Shown here: positions 1 to 11,871 of the stretch, piece by piece
How positions within the stretch are numbered: the first letter of the stretch is position 1
Layout: each line of letters begins with the position of its first letter
Assembly: GCF_006345805.1 (NCBI RefSeq)
Contig: NC_043017.1
Span: 12,214,001-12,278,000, forward strand
DNA from: Octopus sinensis
Lineage: Eukaryota
Direction: 5' to 3'
Length of the DNA: 64,000 bases
Notes under the pieces: model-generated
Told to the model about the DNA's origin: nothing
The model's input: only the letters and a program-made list of their open reading frames with translations
Database searches by the model: none
Position numbers and translations under genes: made by a program

Positions 1-317
1 CCGTGTACCATATCTACTCACAAGGCTTTGATTGGCTTGAGGCTACAGTACAAGACACTTGCCCAAGGTATCATGCAGTGGGACTGAACCCAAAACCATG
101 TTCATTTTTAATGGAAAATATAGGTGTATTGATCAACCACCCATGAGATATTTCTTTGCAGCAATAAAGTTTTATTTTTTAAGTTACATGCCCATGCTGG
201 TTCAGGCTTTCTACTCAGATCTTGATTGCATGGTTTCTGCTCTTTGCAATGTAATAGCTGAGACTTATATCAAAAGATTTCATAGGTTCTTTTCATATCT
301 GGACTCTCTCTTTTTTA

Positions 318-702
318 CTCTTTTACTTGTTTCAGTTATTTGACTGCGGCCATGCTGGAGCACCGCCTTTAGTAGAGCAAATCGACCCAGGGACTTATTC
401 TTTGTAAGCCCAGTACTTATTCTATCGGTCTCTTTTGCCGAACCGCTAAGTGAGGGGGACGTAAACACACCAGCATCGGTTGTCAAGTAATGCCAGGGAG
501 ACAGACACACAAACACACACATATATATATACATATATACGACAGGCTTCTTTCAGTTTCCGTCTACCAAATCCACTCACAAGGCATTGGTCGGCCTGGG
601 GCTATAGCAGAAGACACTTGCCCAAGATGCCACGCAGTGAGACTGAACCTGGAATCATGTGGTTGGTTAGCAAGCTACTTACCACACAGCCACTCCTGCG
701 CC
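318..702 (-). mobile_element. tRNA-derived SINE, family A (most abundant family in the window)
   Basis: Head GGCGCAGGAGTGGCTGTGTGGTAAG..GGTTCAGTCCCACTG, an internal (TA/TG)n tract, and a (GAGTAAAA)n-like tail. Other near-full copies start near 6370, 7420, 11430, 13807, 36662, 43883, 48412, 51683 and 58288 (+), and end near 18384 and 47825 (-). Boundaries approximate. Confidence 0.85.
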
Positions 703-1519
703 TGTATAAGTCCCCAGATAATTGTTCACTAATTTGCTTACTGCCCCTAATTCACTGTTTGTCTGTGTGTGTGTGTGACTTTGTATTTATTCGTTCCTCC
801 CACTATCACACCACGAGACAACTGGTGTTGGTTTGTTTATCTCCCCCATAACTTAGCAGTTCAGCAAAAGCAGCCAACAGAATAGGTATCAGATTAAAAA
901 AAAACAAAAAAAAGTACTAGTACTCCAGCATGGCCTTAGTCAAGTGACTGAAACCCCCAAAAAATGTATCAATTTGATTGACTAAAACCCTTCACTCCTC
1001 CATAACTTAGCAATTCAGCAAAAGAGGCCAACAGAATAGGTACCAGATTTATAAAAAAAAACAAACAAAAAGTACTAGTACTCCAGCATGGCCTCAGTCA
1101 AGTGACTGAAACAAAACAAAAAAAAGTATCAATTTGTTTGACTAAAACCCTTCAAAGTGGTGCCCCAGCATGGCCATGTAGTCCAATGACTGGAGTGGAA
1201 CAAGATAAATGATAAAGTCATAAGACACTGTCTTTCTCTCTCTCCCTCCCCTCTCTCTTCTCCTGTCTATAAAACATGACAGGAAAAAATCGACCAATCA
1301 ATCAACGTTTATATGGGCCATTATTAAGCAGAGATTAAACATTTACTGCTTTGAGTGTTTAGGCCATAAATGTTGTCTGTTTATGACTTAGTCATCAGCA
1401 CAACTACCTCTATTCCTGTATATGTCTTTATTATCATTTTTAGCTTCGTTTTTCTTTTCTGAAACACTTTTCAAAATCTTAATGACGGTCCTCTTTCTTT
1501 ATAGTAGTGGTCAATGACC

Positions 1520-1917
1520 GTGGAGGCGCAATGGCCCAGTGGTTAGGGCAGCGGACTCGCGGTCATAGGATCGCGGTTTCGATTCCCAGACCGGGCGTTG
1601 TGAGTGTTTATTGAGCGAAAACACCTAAAGCTCCACGAGGCTCCGACAGGGGATGGTGGTGATCCCTGCTGTACTCTTTCACCACAACTTTCTCTCACTC
1701 TTACTTCCTGTTTCTGTTGTACCTGTATTTCAAAGGGCCGGCCTTGTCACTCTCTGTGTCACGCTGAATATCCTCGAGAACTACATTAAGGGTGCACGTG
1801 TCTGTGGAGTGCTCAGCCACTTACACGTTAATTTCACGAGCAGGCTGTTCCGTTGATTCGGATCAACCGGAACCCTCATCGTCGTAACCGACGGAGTGCT
1901 AAAGAAGAAAAAAGGAA
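1520..1917 (+). mobile_element. tRNA-derived SINE, family C
   Basis: tRNA-like head GGAGGCGCAATGGCCCAGTGGTTAG..GTTTCGATTCCC with 11-bp TSD GGTCAATGACC (1509..1519, 1918..1928). Confidence 0.85.
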
Positions 1918-2230
1918 GGTCAATGACCACAAGTGATCAATGATTTATGTAAGTCATTGACCATTTCGTTGATTGTAAACTAATTACTTTGGGCAGCTGC
2001 GTTTTTGACAGAATGAACTTGCAAGGTAGGTAGGTAGGTACCAAGGTAGGTTTTTCTCAAGAAGGTATGGCTGTGTAGTTAAGCAGTCTGTTTCCTGGCC
2101 ACATGATTTTGGGTGCAATCGCACCGTGTGCCCACCTTGGGCAGGTGTTTCTTTTACTATAGCTTCAAGCTAACCAAAGCCTTGTAAACAAGTCTGGTAA
2201 ACAGAAACTGAAAGAAGCCCATCAGCAATA

Positions 2231-2536
2231 TACATAGATATATATACATACATACATATACATACATATATATATATACATACATACATATATATATACA
2301 TATATATACATATATACATACATACATACATATATATACATATATATATACATATATATACATATATATATATACATACATATATATATATACATACATA
2401 CATATATATATACATACACATATATATATACATACATACATATATATACATACATACATATATATATATATACATACATACATATATATACATACATACA
2501 TATATATATATATAATATATACATACATACATATAC

Positions 2537-2583
<47 letters not shown>

Positions 2584-2584
2584 C

Positions 2585-2624
<40 letters not shown>
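2231..2624. repeat. Compound (TA)/(TACA) microsatellite
   Basis: Read directly from the sequence. Source of several artefactual YI-rich ORFs. Confidence 0.95.
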
Positions 2625-3524
2625 AAAGTGAGATAGGGGTTGTGAGTGTAACCCACTATGGGATAACATTTATCCAATATACTGCCAGTAAAGTACCCAG
2701 AAATGCTAAGAATTGCAATGCAATTAATTCATTTATTGTATTATATGGGCAAAGGTAAAATGTTTTACCTCAAATTCATAATACAAAATAAGAAAATGGA
2801 GGAATAGATTTTAATCAATCATCAACTACTAGATAATACCAATTCATATAATTTATTAACTAATTATATAGGGACATCCAAATCAAACAGAATAATACAG
2901 AATAAAACAGTACACATCAATGAGTAAGATAATACCATAAGAACAATACATACAAATAAATATAAATATATATATATATACATATACACACACACACACT
3001 TATATACATGCATATATATATACACACATGTATATATGGTTACATCACAAACAGTAAACAACATGAAATATGAAAACAAATGAGTTGAATACACAAACGA
3101 GAGAAAGAAATGGAAAGCAGGACAAGTAACATAAAGAACGACCCTTCATCGGTTGTCGGCTGCCTATCTACTCCTCATTTCGAGTCTACGAAGGCAGTTG
3201 CTCCTACAAATACCAAAATAAAATTTGGGATTTATGGGAACAAAAACAGAACAGTGGAGACATACAAGAAACTGAACATGGAGGCTTGTTAGACCAGAAT
3301 AAAGGTAAAATAGCAAATGCCGGAGAAATATTTTCTTTGACAAGAGAAAAGATAGAAGAGAGAGATAGATACGATACGTCCAGCCTCTAGGACTGCCCTG
3401 AAAGAAAAGAAAGATGGACAATGGTCACATGTGAGCAATGAGAGAGAGTAAAGGAGAGGGGGAAAGAGAGACAGAAAATGGTGAGGTGGAGAAAAAAGGA
3501 ATTAGAGAAAATGATAGGGAGAGA

Positions 3525-3668
3525 GAACAATAAACAACTTGGACATGTTGGAGACAGTCATCAGTAAATAATTGCACTTCTGATTCCATGTCCAGCTTCG
3601 CAACATTATCATCATTAGCATTTTGTGATAGTTTACTGAAATGAGATTGAAGAATTTTGATAATTTTC
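3525..3668 (-). pseudogene. 144-bp diverged copy of an internal part of XRCC2 exon 2 (source 5303..5449)
   Basis: Direct alignment shows about 8 substitutions and one 3-nt deletion. It translates IIKILQSHFSKLSQNANDDNVAKLDMESEVQLFTDDCLQHVQVVYCS. Confidence 0.9.
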
Positions 3669-4803
3669 AGCAAGTGGATCCAGACCAGGAGCCACATCAA
3701 GTTCCAGTTGTCTGTTTTGGCATGGGTTCTATGACTGGGTACTTTTTAAGTGCTACTGGCAATGATGTAATTGTGTGTTTTTAGAATGACATTGTAGGGT
3801 ATGTGTGAAAGGCTGGATCTGGCCAGTTTGAACATAAAACAGGTAGAATACCTGAGAAAATTCTGCTTTTATTAATTTTTTGCGGAGAAGGGCAGTGAGA
3901 CAATTGATTCAATCCATCCATGACCAATACTCATCATTGTACAAAATACATTGATTTATTGTATTTTTTATAGGCACAGGCATAGCTGTGTGGTTAAGAA
4001 GCTTACTTCGCAACCAAGTGATCTTGGGTTCAATACCACCACGTGGCACTTCGGTCAAGTGTCTTCTACTATAGCCCCAGGTGGACCAAACTAGATAAGG
4101 CCAGCTGAGTATATGCGCATGTGTGTGTGTTTGTGTACGCCCTTCTCTTGACATCATTTGATGGTTATAAATGATCATCACACAAGCAATGTTGTTTATT
4201 TCAAACCTCTCGTGAAACACGTCTGGTCATGGGGAAACACTACCTTGCATGGAAACAGGTAAAGGTTGGCAACAGGAAAGGCATCCAGTGATAGAAAATC
4301 TGCCTCTAGAAATTCTATTTGACCCATGCAAGTATGGAAGAGTCATCATTGTTTAATGTCCGCCTTCCATGTTCACATGGTTTGAACAGTTTGACAGGAG
4401 ATGGCCAGGCAGAAGACTGCAACAAACTTCTGTGTGTTTTGGCACAGTTTTTATGGCTGAATGCCCTTCATGACTCCAACCACCCAGTAGAGGGACAGAA
4501 TGCTTTTTATGTGGCACCAGCACAGACGAGGTCAGTTTTGGCATGGTTTTTATAGTTGGATGCCCTTCCAAATGCCAACCACCTTACAGAGTGGACTGGA
4601 TGCTTTTTATGTAGCACCAGCATTGGCAGGGTCACCAAGTAATTGATGATGACAATGATGATAATATCAACACCTGTTATGTTGTTGAATTTTACCTTTT
4701 TTCTTCTTCTCCGTTTTCCTGATTCAGATTCAGGGACATGTAGATGACTTTATCCATTTTCTAGCTTCATAACTCAAATCCAGTGCAAAGAAATCAATAT
4801 TTA

Positions 4804-5712
4804 TCACAAGAATTTCACACCAGATTCTGATATGGTAAAATGAAGAGTTTTCAGGTTTGTACTTGTCAAACAAAACTTAGATTCTGCAGCAGAGATTACT
4901 GTGAAAACCCACCGTTTGCAAACAAAATTTTCCCAGACTTTATCCAAGTATTTTGTATGGGACTGCTTAGCTGTTGGATATATCCCTGGATTATTTACAG
5001 CATTAGGATTAATTATAAGATAATTATTATCATTTGTTGGGTCTAGATTGTCAGAATATTTTGGTTTAAAGAGGGACAATTTGGTGGCTATAACAAAAAT
5101 ATTAAGGTCATTAACAAATTTTTTTAGTATTTTAGTAATTCTGCGTATGTTAAGACCCTGGTTGCTGATGTTATCATTGGCACAAAACCTGTCCAGCCAA
5201 TAAAATGTCGATATGCTATCAATAACCAATAAACTAAAACTTGCATCAGTGGTCAGTTGGTATTCAAGACTGTGTAAAGTAAGGAACAATTGCCATGAGC
5301 TTGAACAATAAACAACTTGGACACGTTGGAGGCAGTCATCAGTAAATAATTGCACTTCTGATTCCATGTCCAGCTTGGCAACATTATCTCCATCATTAGT
5401 ATTTTGTGATGGGTTACTGAAATGAGATTGAAGAATTTCGGTAATTTTCTTTTCCAAGATGAGAACTAATCTTAAGATAGAAAACTTGTAGTCAGTGCTG
5501 ATGAAAACAACTTTCGACTCAGGACCATCGACAGGAATATTTTTCCAAACTTTTGGAAGAATGCATCGTGTGATTAGATTCAGCAAGAGTTCGGTTTTAC
5601 CAGTTCCTTCTTCTCCAAAGAATTCAATGATCTCTCCGCTAATTGACCCTTCTCCAAACAGTTCTGGTGCAATGTTGCTAAGGGGAACACGTGTGCCAAG
5701 CCTGGCCAGCAG
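4804..5712 (-). CDS. XRCC2: XRCC2 coding exon 2 (302 aa + TGA)
   Basis: Acceptor cttttatttcttcttcag|CTG. It extends the track ORF 4804..5586 by 42 in-frame codons that include Walker A. Confidence 0.95.
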   Translation of the reverse strand: MLARLGTRVPLSNIAPELFGEGSISGEIIEFFGEEGTGKTELLLNLITRCILPKVWKNIPVDGPESKVVFISTDYKFSILRLVLILEKKITEILQSHFSNPSQNTNDGDNVAKLDMESEVQLFTDDCLQRVQVVYCSSSWQLFLTLHSLEYQLTTDASFSLLVIDSISTFYWLDRFCANDNISNQGLNIRRITKILKKFVNDLNIFVIATKLSLFKPKYSDNLDPTNDNNYLIINPNAVNNPGIYPTAKQSHTKYLDKVWENFVCKRWVFTVISAAESKFCLTSTNLKTLHFTISESGVKFL

Positions 5713-7052
5713 CTGAAGAAGAAATAAAAGAATAATTTTATTTTATATAAAATAAAGATTTCTGTAGGTGTGGCTGTGTGGTTGAGTAGTTTTGTTTTCC
5801 AACCACATGGTTCTGGTTTCAATCCCACTATATATCACCTTGGTCAAGTGTCTTCCACTACAGTCCCAGGCCAACCAAAAATTTGCAAGTGGATTCAATT
5901 GATGGAAACTGAAAGAAGCCCATCATGTGTGTATATTTTTCTACAGAGATATGTATGTACATGTGTGTGTGTATTTTTATACAGATGTATGCATGTGCTT
6001 GTGTGCGTGAGTGTATGTGTGTGTTTGTGGTTCCTTGTCATGACATTGCATGATAGTCGTAAATGAGTGTCACTGTCATACAAGCAGTGTCATTCCTTTC
6101 CAATATTCTGCCAAAAACATGTCTGGTCATGAGGAAATATAACCCTACTTGGAAACAGGCAAGGGTTGACAACAGAAAGGGCATCCAGCCTCAATGAGCT
6201 CCATCCAATCCATGCTTGCATGGAAAAGTGGGCGTTAAATAGATGATGATGATGATGATTCCTGGTTAGCATTAATTGATGGAGACCCCCTAACATAGAC
6301 AAAAAGATCAAAATTTTATAACTTTCAGAAAAATGGGTATTTTTTTAATGAAATTTTCTACAAATAGGCATAGGAGTGGCTGTGTGGTAAGTAGCTTGCT
6401 TACCAACCACATGGCTCCAGGTTCAGTCCCACTGCGTGGCACCTTGGGCAAGTTCTTCTACTATAGCATCAGGCCGACCAAAGCCTTGTGAGTGGATTTG
6501 GTAGGCGGAAACTGGAAGAAGTCCATCATATATGAATGTATATATGTGTATGCCTTTGTGTATGTGTTTGTCCCTCACCAACCCCATGACAACAGGTGTT
6601 GGTAGGTTTACGTCCCCGTAACTTAGCGATTCGACAAAAGAGACCAATAGAATAAGTATCAAGCTTAAGCAAAATCAAAAAGTTCTGGCGTCGAGTCATT
6701 CGACTAAAAATTCTTCAGGGTGGTGCCTTAACATGGCCGCAGTCTGACGACTGAAACAAGCAGCAGATAAAAGATAATTGGGCGATCTACCATTTGACAA
6801 CCGGTGCTGGTGTATTTATGTCCCCGTAACTTAGTGGTTCAGCCAAGGAGCCAATAGAATAAGTACCACGCATATAAAAAAATAAGAAAAATAAATACTG
6901 GGGTAGATTCATTCGACCGAAAATTCTTCAAAGCGGTGCCCCAGCATGGCCACAGGCTACTGGGTGAAACAAATAAAATAACAAAAAGGATATATTGCTT
7001 CCGAAATGTTTATACTTACTTCTGAACCAGTTTCCACAGTTTTCCCTGCCAT
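4804..7052 (-). CDS. XRCC2: DNA repair protein XRCC2 (RAD51 paralog), join(7052..7020,5712..4804), 313 aa
   Basis: The spliced product reads MAGKTVETGSE|LLARLGTRVPLSNIAPELFGEGSISGEIIEFFGEEGTGKTELLLNLITRCILP...ISTDYKFSILRLV...LLVIDSISTFYWLDR...FTISESGVKFL*. It has Walker A GEEGTGKT, Walker B LLVIDS, and the XRCC2-typical FYWxDR and ESGV motifs. The intron is phase 0, GTAAGT...TTCTTCAG, at the same position as human intron 1 (ESGTE|LLARL, from memory). Confidence 0.95.
7020..7052 (-). CDS. XRCC2: XRCC2 coding exon 1 (MAGKTVETGSE)
   Basis: ATG in the context gttATGG and donor GAA|GTAAGT. It splices in frame to 5712. Not in the ORF track because it is too short. Confidence 0.85.
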
Positions 7053-7095
7053 AACTACTGTGAAGTCGCTTACAACAACGAAAACAAAATGTTAA

Positions 7096-7109
7096 ATTTG
7101 GCGCCAAAT
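7096..7109. promoter_or_regulatory. Palindromic E2F-type site upstream of XRCC2
   Basis: ATTTGGCGCCAAAT is a perfect 14-bp palindrome giving TTTGGCGC (E2F consensus TTTSSCGC) on both strands, about 44 nt upstream of the XRCC2 ATG. Confidence 0.65.
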
Positions 7110-8003
7110 ATTTCATAAATTTTAATTCGTTCATAAGAAATTAAAAACAAAAAAAAAATAATTAAGTGAACTAAAACCAATTAAAACCATTGATTCTGTG
7201 GTCAAGATATTCTAACAGGTAAATATATCAAAGAGATATTTCAGATGACGCAGGTTCGGATTCCGCTGATTTCTTTCAACTAGTTTTCTATCCGAGGTTT
7301 TTCTTCGTTTTTTTTTTTTTCAGATTACATGCTATTATTTACGTTAGTATTTATCTCGTGACTCGTCCTTGAAATTACTTATTTCAAATATATCAAGGAA
7401 AGAAGTAATCTAAAAATGAGTGTGGTAAGTAGCTTGCTAACCAACCACATGGTTCCGGGTTCAGTCCCACTGCGTGGCATCTTGGGCAAGTGTCTTCTGC
7501 TATAGCCCCGGGCCGACCAATGCCTTGTGAGTGGATTTGGTAGACGGAAACCGAAAGAAGCCTGTCGTATATATGTATATATGTATGTGTGTCTGTTTTT
7601 ATCCCCCTAGCATTGCTTGACAACCGATGCTGGTGTGTTTACGTCCCCGTCAGCTAGCGGTTTGGCAAAACAGACCGATAGAATAAGTACTGGGCTTACA
7701 AAGAATAAGTCCCGGGGTCGATTTGCACGACTAAAAGGCGGTGCTCCAGCATGGCCGCAGTCAAATGACTGAAACAAGTAAAAGAAAGAAAAAAGAATAA
7801 TTGAGAAATAAGATGCGTTACAGTGACTTGTTGCGTGGCTGTGGGGATAATGAAGGCCTGCGCTGGTTTTTATTAAATCAAGGCTTTTAAGGTGCTTTAG
7901 AATTGGATCTCTGCGGTTATGTGTTGTTTAGACACAATTTAACCTCTGATTATATGTATGTATGATAAAAAAAAGTTTCAATCATGACAACCTCCGTTAT
8001 CTA

Positions 8004-8451
8004 CAGAATGGTGCCCCACTTCACGACTTTCTTCATACCGAAAAAGGCATATTTTTTTAATGAAATTTTGATGGAATGCGTTTTCGATGGGGAAAACAAA
8101 ATTGATTTTGAAGAAATTTCAAATTTTTATTCTACTCTCCGTATCAATGTTTTTCTTTAATTTAGTATTTGTAAGTTTGAAACATCAGCTTTACATAATC
8201 TTCAATCTTGAAAACGTATTTCTGAAAAATTTTATTTAAAAATATGCATTTTAAAGAATGCGTGAAACAAAATCGGGAAGAAGGGGAGGGAGGAGGTCCT
8301 AAAGTTTTATTAAAAATGTACTTTTCTTTATTTAAACATTGTCGACAGAATTGTAATCCACACCGTCAAAAATCTATCTCCAAAATGCTTCATTTAAAAA
8401 ATATATATTTTTCAGAAAATTTTAAAACAAAACTAATGGGGCATCAAACTG
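8004..8451. mobile_element. Old Tc1/mariner-type MITE
   Basis: TA|CAGAATGGTGCCCCA...TGGGGCATCAAACTG|TA, with degenerate inverted similarity continuing inward. Confidence 0.5.
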
Positions 8452-8756
8452 TAGATATGCCCATAAAATCTTGTGCATTATGGACTACATTGACGAATGC
8501 AAAAGTGTGAGAGGGGAAACGCAAGTATTTTCGTTCCGGTTACAGCTGACAATCTATTTCACCATATTCGTGTGTGTGTGTGTGTATTCACTACCACCTC
8601 TTGATGACCGGTGCTGGTTTGTTCACGTTCTCGATAGAATGAAGTACCAGACTTTAAAAAATAATTACTGGTTTTCTTAATTCGTTCGACGAAACCCCTT
8701 CAAGACAAGTACCCCAGCATGGCCGCAGTTCAATAGCTTAAGACAAAAAAGAAAGA

Positions 8757-9182
8757 GGCGAACTTTCGTCTCTAGTAGACCTTTCCGTCGATTTCCGTAA
8801 AATTTTTTTTTTTTTTTACATATGGGCTTGCGGGAACTTTTGAAGTAATATACATACATATACACATACACTGAGTAAAAAATTTCAGTTATCTCTTTCT
8901 TTCACACATTACTCTGTCTCTTCACACACACTAACAGAAGCACTTCACTTACACAAAATACTGTCTGTCTCCCACACCCCATCAAACACACACACACACA
9001 CACATGTCCATCAATGCTCCCATGCACGGTAACTTCAAAAGAACTTCCCTCGTCATACAATCGCTTTCTCTTAGTCTCTTTCGCTCTCATTACTTCAAAA
9101 GTTCCCGCAAGCCCATATGTAAAAAAAAAAAAAATTTTTTACGGAAATCGACGGAAAGGTCTACTAGAGACGAAAGATTGCC
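8757..9182. mobile_element. 426-bp MITE with 93/94-bp TIRs starting GGC and 8-bp TSD (Merlin-like)
   Basis: Arms 8757..8849 and 9089..9182 are near-perfect reverse complements. AAGAAAGA is repeated at 8749..8756 and 9183..9190. Confidence 0.85.
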
Positions 9183-9573
9183 AAGAAAGATATATGTGAA
9201 CAAGTGTAGATTGTAATAGAAATATTATCTAACATTTCATTCCATTTTTCTTAAGAATATAAGAGTGTGTGAATTTGTTGGGAATCTTGCTGCTGTTTCT
9301 AGCAAGTCGCGCAACCACGTGTTAAGCATCGTTGAATTGTCTCCCTTGACTTTTTATGAGTACGGTTTTATATATTTATTTGTTTATTTATTTAAGTCAG
9401 ATTGGAATATTCTTGGAATGTTAACAAGAGGCTATTCACACATGGCAAAGTAAAAGAAGCACTAATTTGTATAAAGCCAACAATTAGTATAAAAGTTTTG
9501 TGGGTATTTTTATGGTGTTGTTTAAGTTTTTTTTTCTTTGCTTTCGATTTTCTTTGAATATATTATATAATAT

Positions 9574-9973
9574 ATTAGCAGTATCGCCCGGCGTTGCTCG
9601 GGTTTGTAAGGGAAATAACTATATAAGCATTTTTAGAGAGTTATAGCCAAAAAATAGCAAAAAAATGCATTAAAAATGGAAAAAAAAATGATGGTAAATT
9701 TATTTAAAAATCGTTAACTCATCGTAGACATTTTTAGAGAGTTATTTCCCTTATATAATATCGAAAAAATGCATTAAAATGGAAAAAAATGATGGTTAAT
9801 TTTTTTTTTTAAATCGTAGACTCGTAGACGCGCGCTAATACCCAGAAGGGCTCGATATGAATCACGACTATAAGATACCCGGTTTTGGTTAAACGGCACC
9901 GCAAAATGTGGGAGTAGTTAGGAATCTAAATCGTAGGAGACAGACACACAACTTCACTTTTATATATAAAGAT
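9574..9973 (+). mobile_element. Helentron/DINE-1-like non-autonomous element (copy 1)
   Basis: 5' TAGCAGTATCGCCCGGCGTTGCTCGGG with a subterminal hairpin, and 3' TTTTATATATAAAGAT. Near-identical copies at 11872..12269 (-) and 17528..17806 (+, internally deleted). Confidence 0.6.
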
Positions 9974-10571
9974 TTACATACAATACCGGGCCTCTTATCC
10001 GGCTTCCAGAAATTCGGGTCTGCTGCACAATATCTCGCAATATACTGTACCTTGTATCGTAATAACAGACTCCGTTTTCAAAGTTGGTTAAGCTGTATAC
10101 TGTGTGTTAAAAATTACTTTTGTTCTTTGCTTTTTTTTTAAAGTGGATTGATAGTGACTAAACACACTCTGTTTAAATAAAATGATGGAACATCAACGAT
10201 TGTCGCTTTGATGAGACCTGATGTGAGTTGTCTCCCCTGCCTATTAGTTTCAAGTGTTCTTGACACCAGACTCATTGAGAATATATCCTCTTACACCTGA
10301 AAACGGCAGCTGACCCAGGAACTAACAACACACACTCTCCTTGTGTAAATGTGTTCGGTTTTGTTTACTCACATACATACACACGCGCGCGCACACACAC
10401 ACACACATAGCAAGAGGAGGGATATAATATCCAGGCAGATACCGAATTTCTCTGAGTAAAATGCCTAGGCTGGTTTCTTCTGATGGTGCGATTTTTGGTT
10501 ATCGTTACTGTCCTGTTTTTGTTACCATTTTTACCCCTCCGCAAAAACATCTCAAATTTTATTTAATTTGC

Positions 10572-10583
10572 TTTTCGCGGGAA
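10572..10583. promoter_or_regulatory. E2F-like site in non-repeat, CpG-containing sequence
   Basis: TTTTCGCGGGAA (TTTCGCGG on one strand, TTCCCGCG on the other). No gene can be assigned with certainty. Confidence 0.3.
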
Positions 10584-10911
10584 GGAATGTTTCAATAAAG
10601 TCGTGTCTCGCCTTGACCTTCGAATCGCGGAGTAGATGAAACAAAGTCGACTGAATAAGGGGAATTTTCCTTGTATTGTATGTCCTGCACTCTATTTTTT
10701 CGTTGTTTAAGAAAAATGTCTATTTCCTTGGTTTTGTGTTTATATTTTCGTTTCTCATTGTGTTCGACGTTTTTTTGGTGTACCCATATATGCATGTATA
10801 TATACATGAAGAGGTAGGTACGTACATACATGTATGTATATATGCATATGTTTTATTTTATTTATTAATTTTTTTATGACGGAACGCACGCATCCATTTC
10901 TAAGTAAGATT

Positions 10912-11010
<99 letters not shown>

Positions 11011-11871
11011 GGATCAGTTCCACTGCGTTGCACCTTGTGAGTGAATTTGGTTGACAGAAACTAAAAGTAGCGCGTCGGAGGAAACAAATCGGAGGACGAC
11101 GGGCTTCGTTCAGTTTCCGTCTACTAAATTCACTCACAAGGCTTTGGTCTGCCCGATGCTATAATAGAAGAAACTTGTCCAAGGGGCCACGCACTGTGAC
11201 CTGCAGCAAGCTTCTTACCACAGAGTTACACCTGTATATGTGTGTGCGTGAGGCCATCGCTTGACAACCGGTGTGGGTCTGTTTACATCCCCGTAACTTA
11301 GCGATTCGGCAAAGATTCGATAGAATGAGTACTAGGCATTAAAAAAAGGGCTGGTGTCAATTCATTCAACTAAAAAAAAATTCTTGAAGGTGGTGCCCCA
11401 GCACGGCCGCAGTTCTAATGAACTAACCGCTGCGTGGTAAGTAGCTTGCTTACGAACCACATGGTTCCGGGTTCAGTCCCACTGCGTGGCACCTTGGGCA
11501 CGTGTTTTCTACTATAGCCTCGGGCCGACAAAACCCTTGTGAGTGCATTGGTAGACGGAAACTGAAAGAAGCCCGTCGCATATATGTATACATGTGTGTC
11601 TGTGTTTGTCCACCCAACATCGCTTGACAACCGATGATGGTTTGTTTACGTCCCGTAACTTAGCGGTTCGGCAAAATTGACCGATAAAAAAAGTACTAGG
11701 CTTACAAAGAATAAGTCCTGGGGTTGATTTGCTCGACTAAAGGCGGTGCTCCAGCATGGCCGCAGTCAGATGACTGAGACAAGTAGAGTATACACACGCA
11801 CGCACGCATGCATGTATGTGTATATATATGTGTGTCTTATATATATGTATATATATATATGCATGTATCAT

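Noticed and set aside
1509-1519. GGTCAATGACC, a nuclear-receptor IR1-like palindrome present twice
   Set aside because: The second copy is the SINE target-site duplication, and a single 11-mer is not enough evidence.
1520-1595. tRNA-like sequences (also SINE A and B heads)
   Set aside because: They have A/B-box similarity only. Each runs into a SINE body, several with a TSD, and I could not form a complete cloverleaf.
2157-2677. Long YI/VC/HT-rich ORFs here and at 12.5-13.6 kb, 23.1-24.2 kb and 60.0-61.7 kb
   Set aside because: They are translations of TA/CA/TG microsatellites that lack stop codons. There are no splice or homology signals.
3140-3195. Possible circularly permuted hammerhead on the minus strand (GAAA...CCGATGA)
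   Set aside because: The core is mutated and stems I and III cannot be formed. It is probably just a decayed repeat end.
10182-10222. C/D-box snoRNA-like ATGATGG...TGATGA...CTGA
   Set aside because: Only about 40 nt, imperfect C box, no terminal stem, no recognisable rRNA guide and no known host intron.
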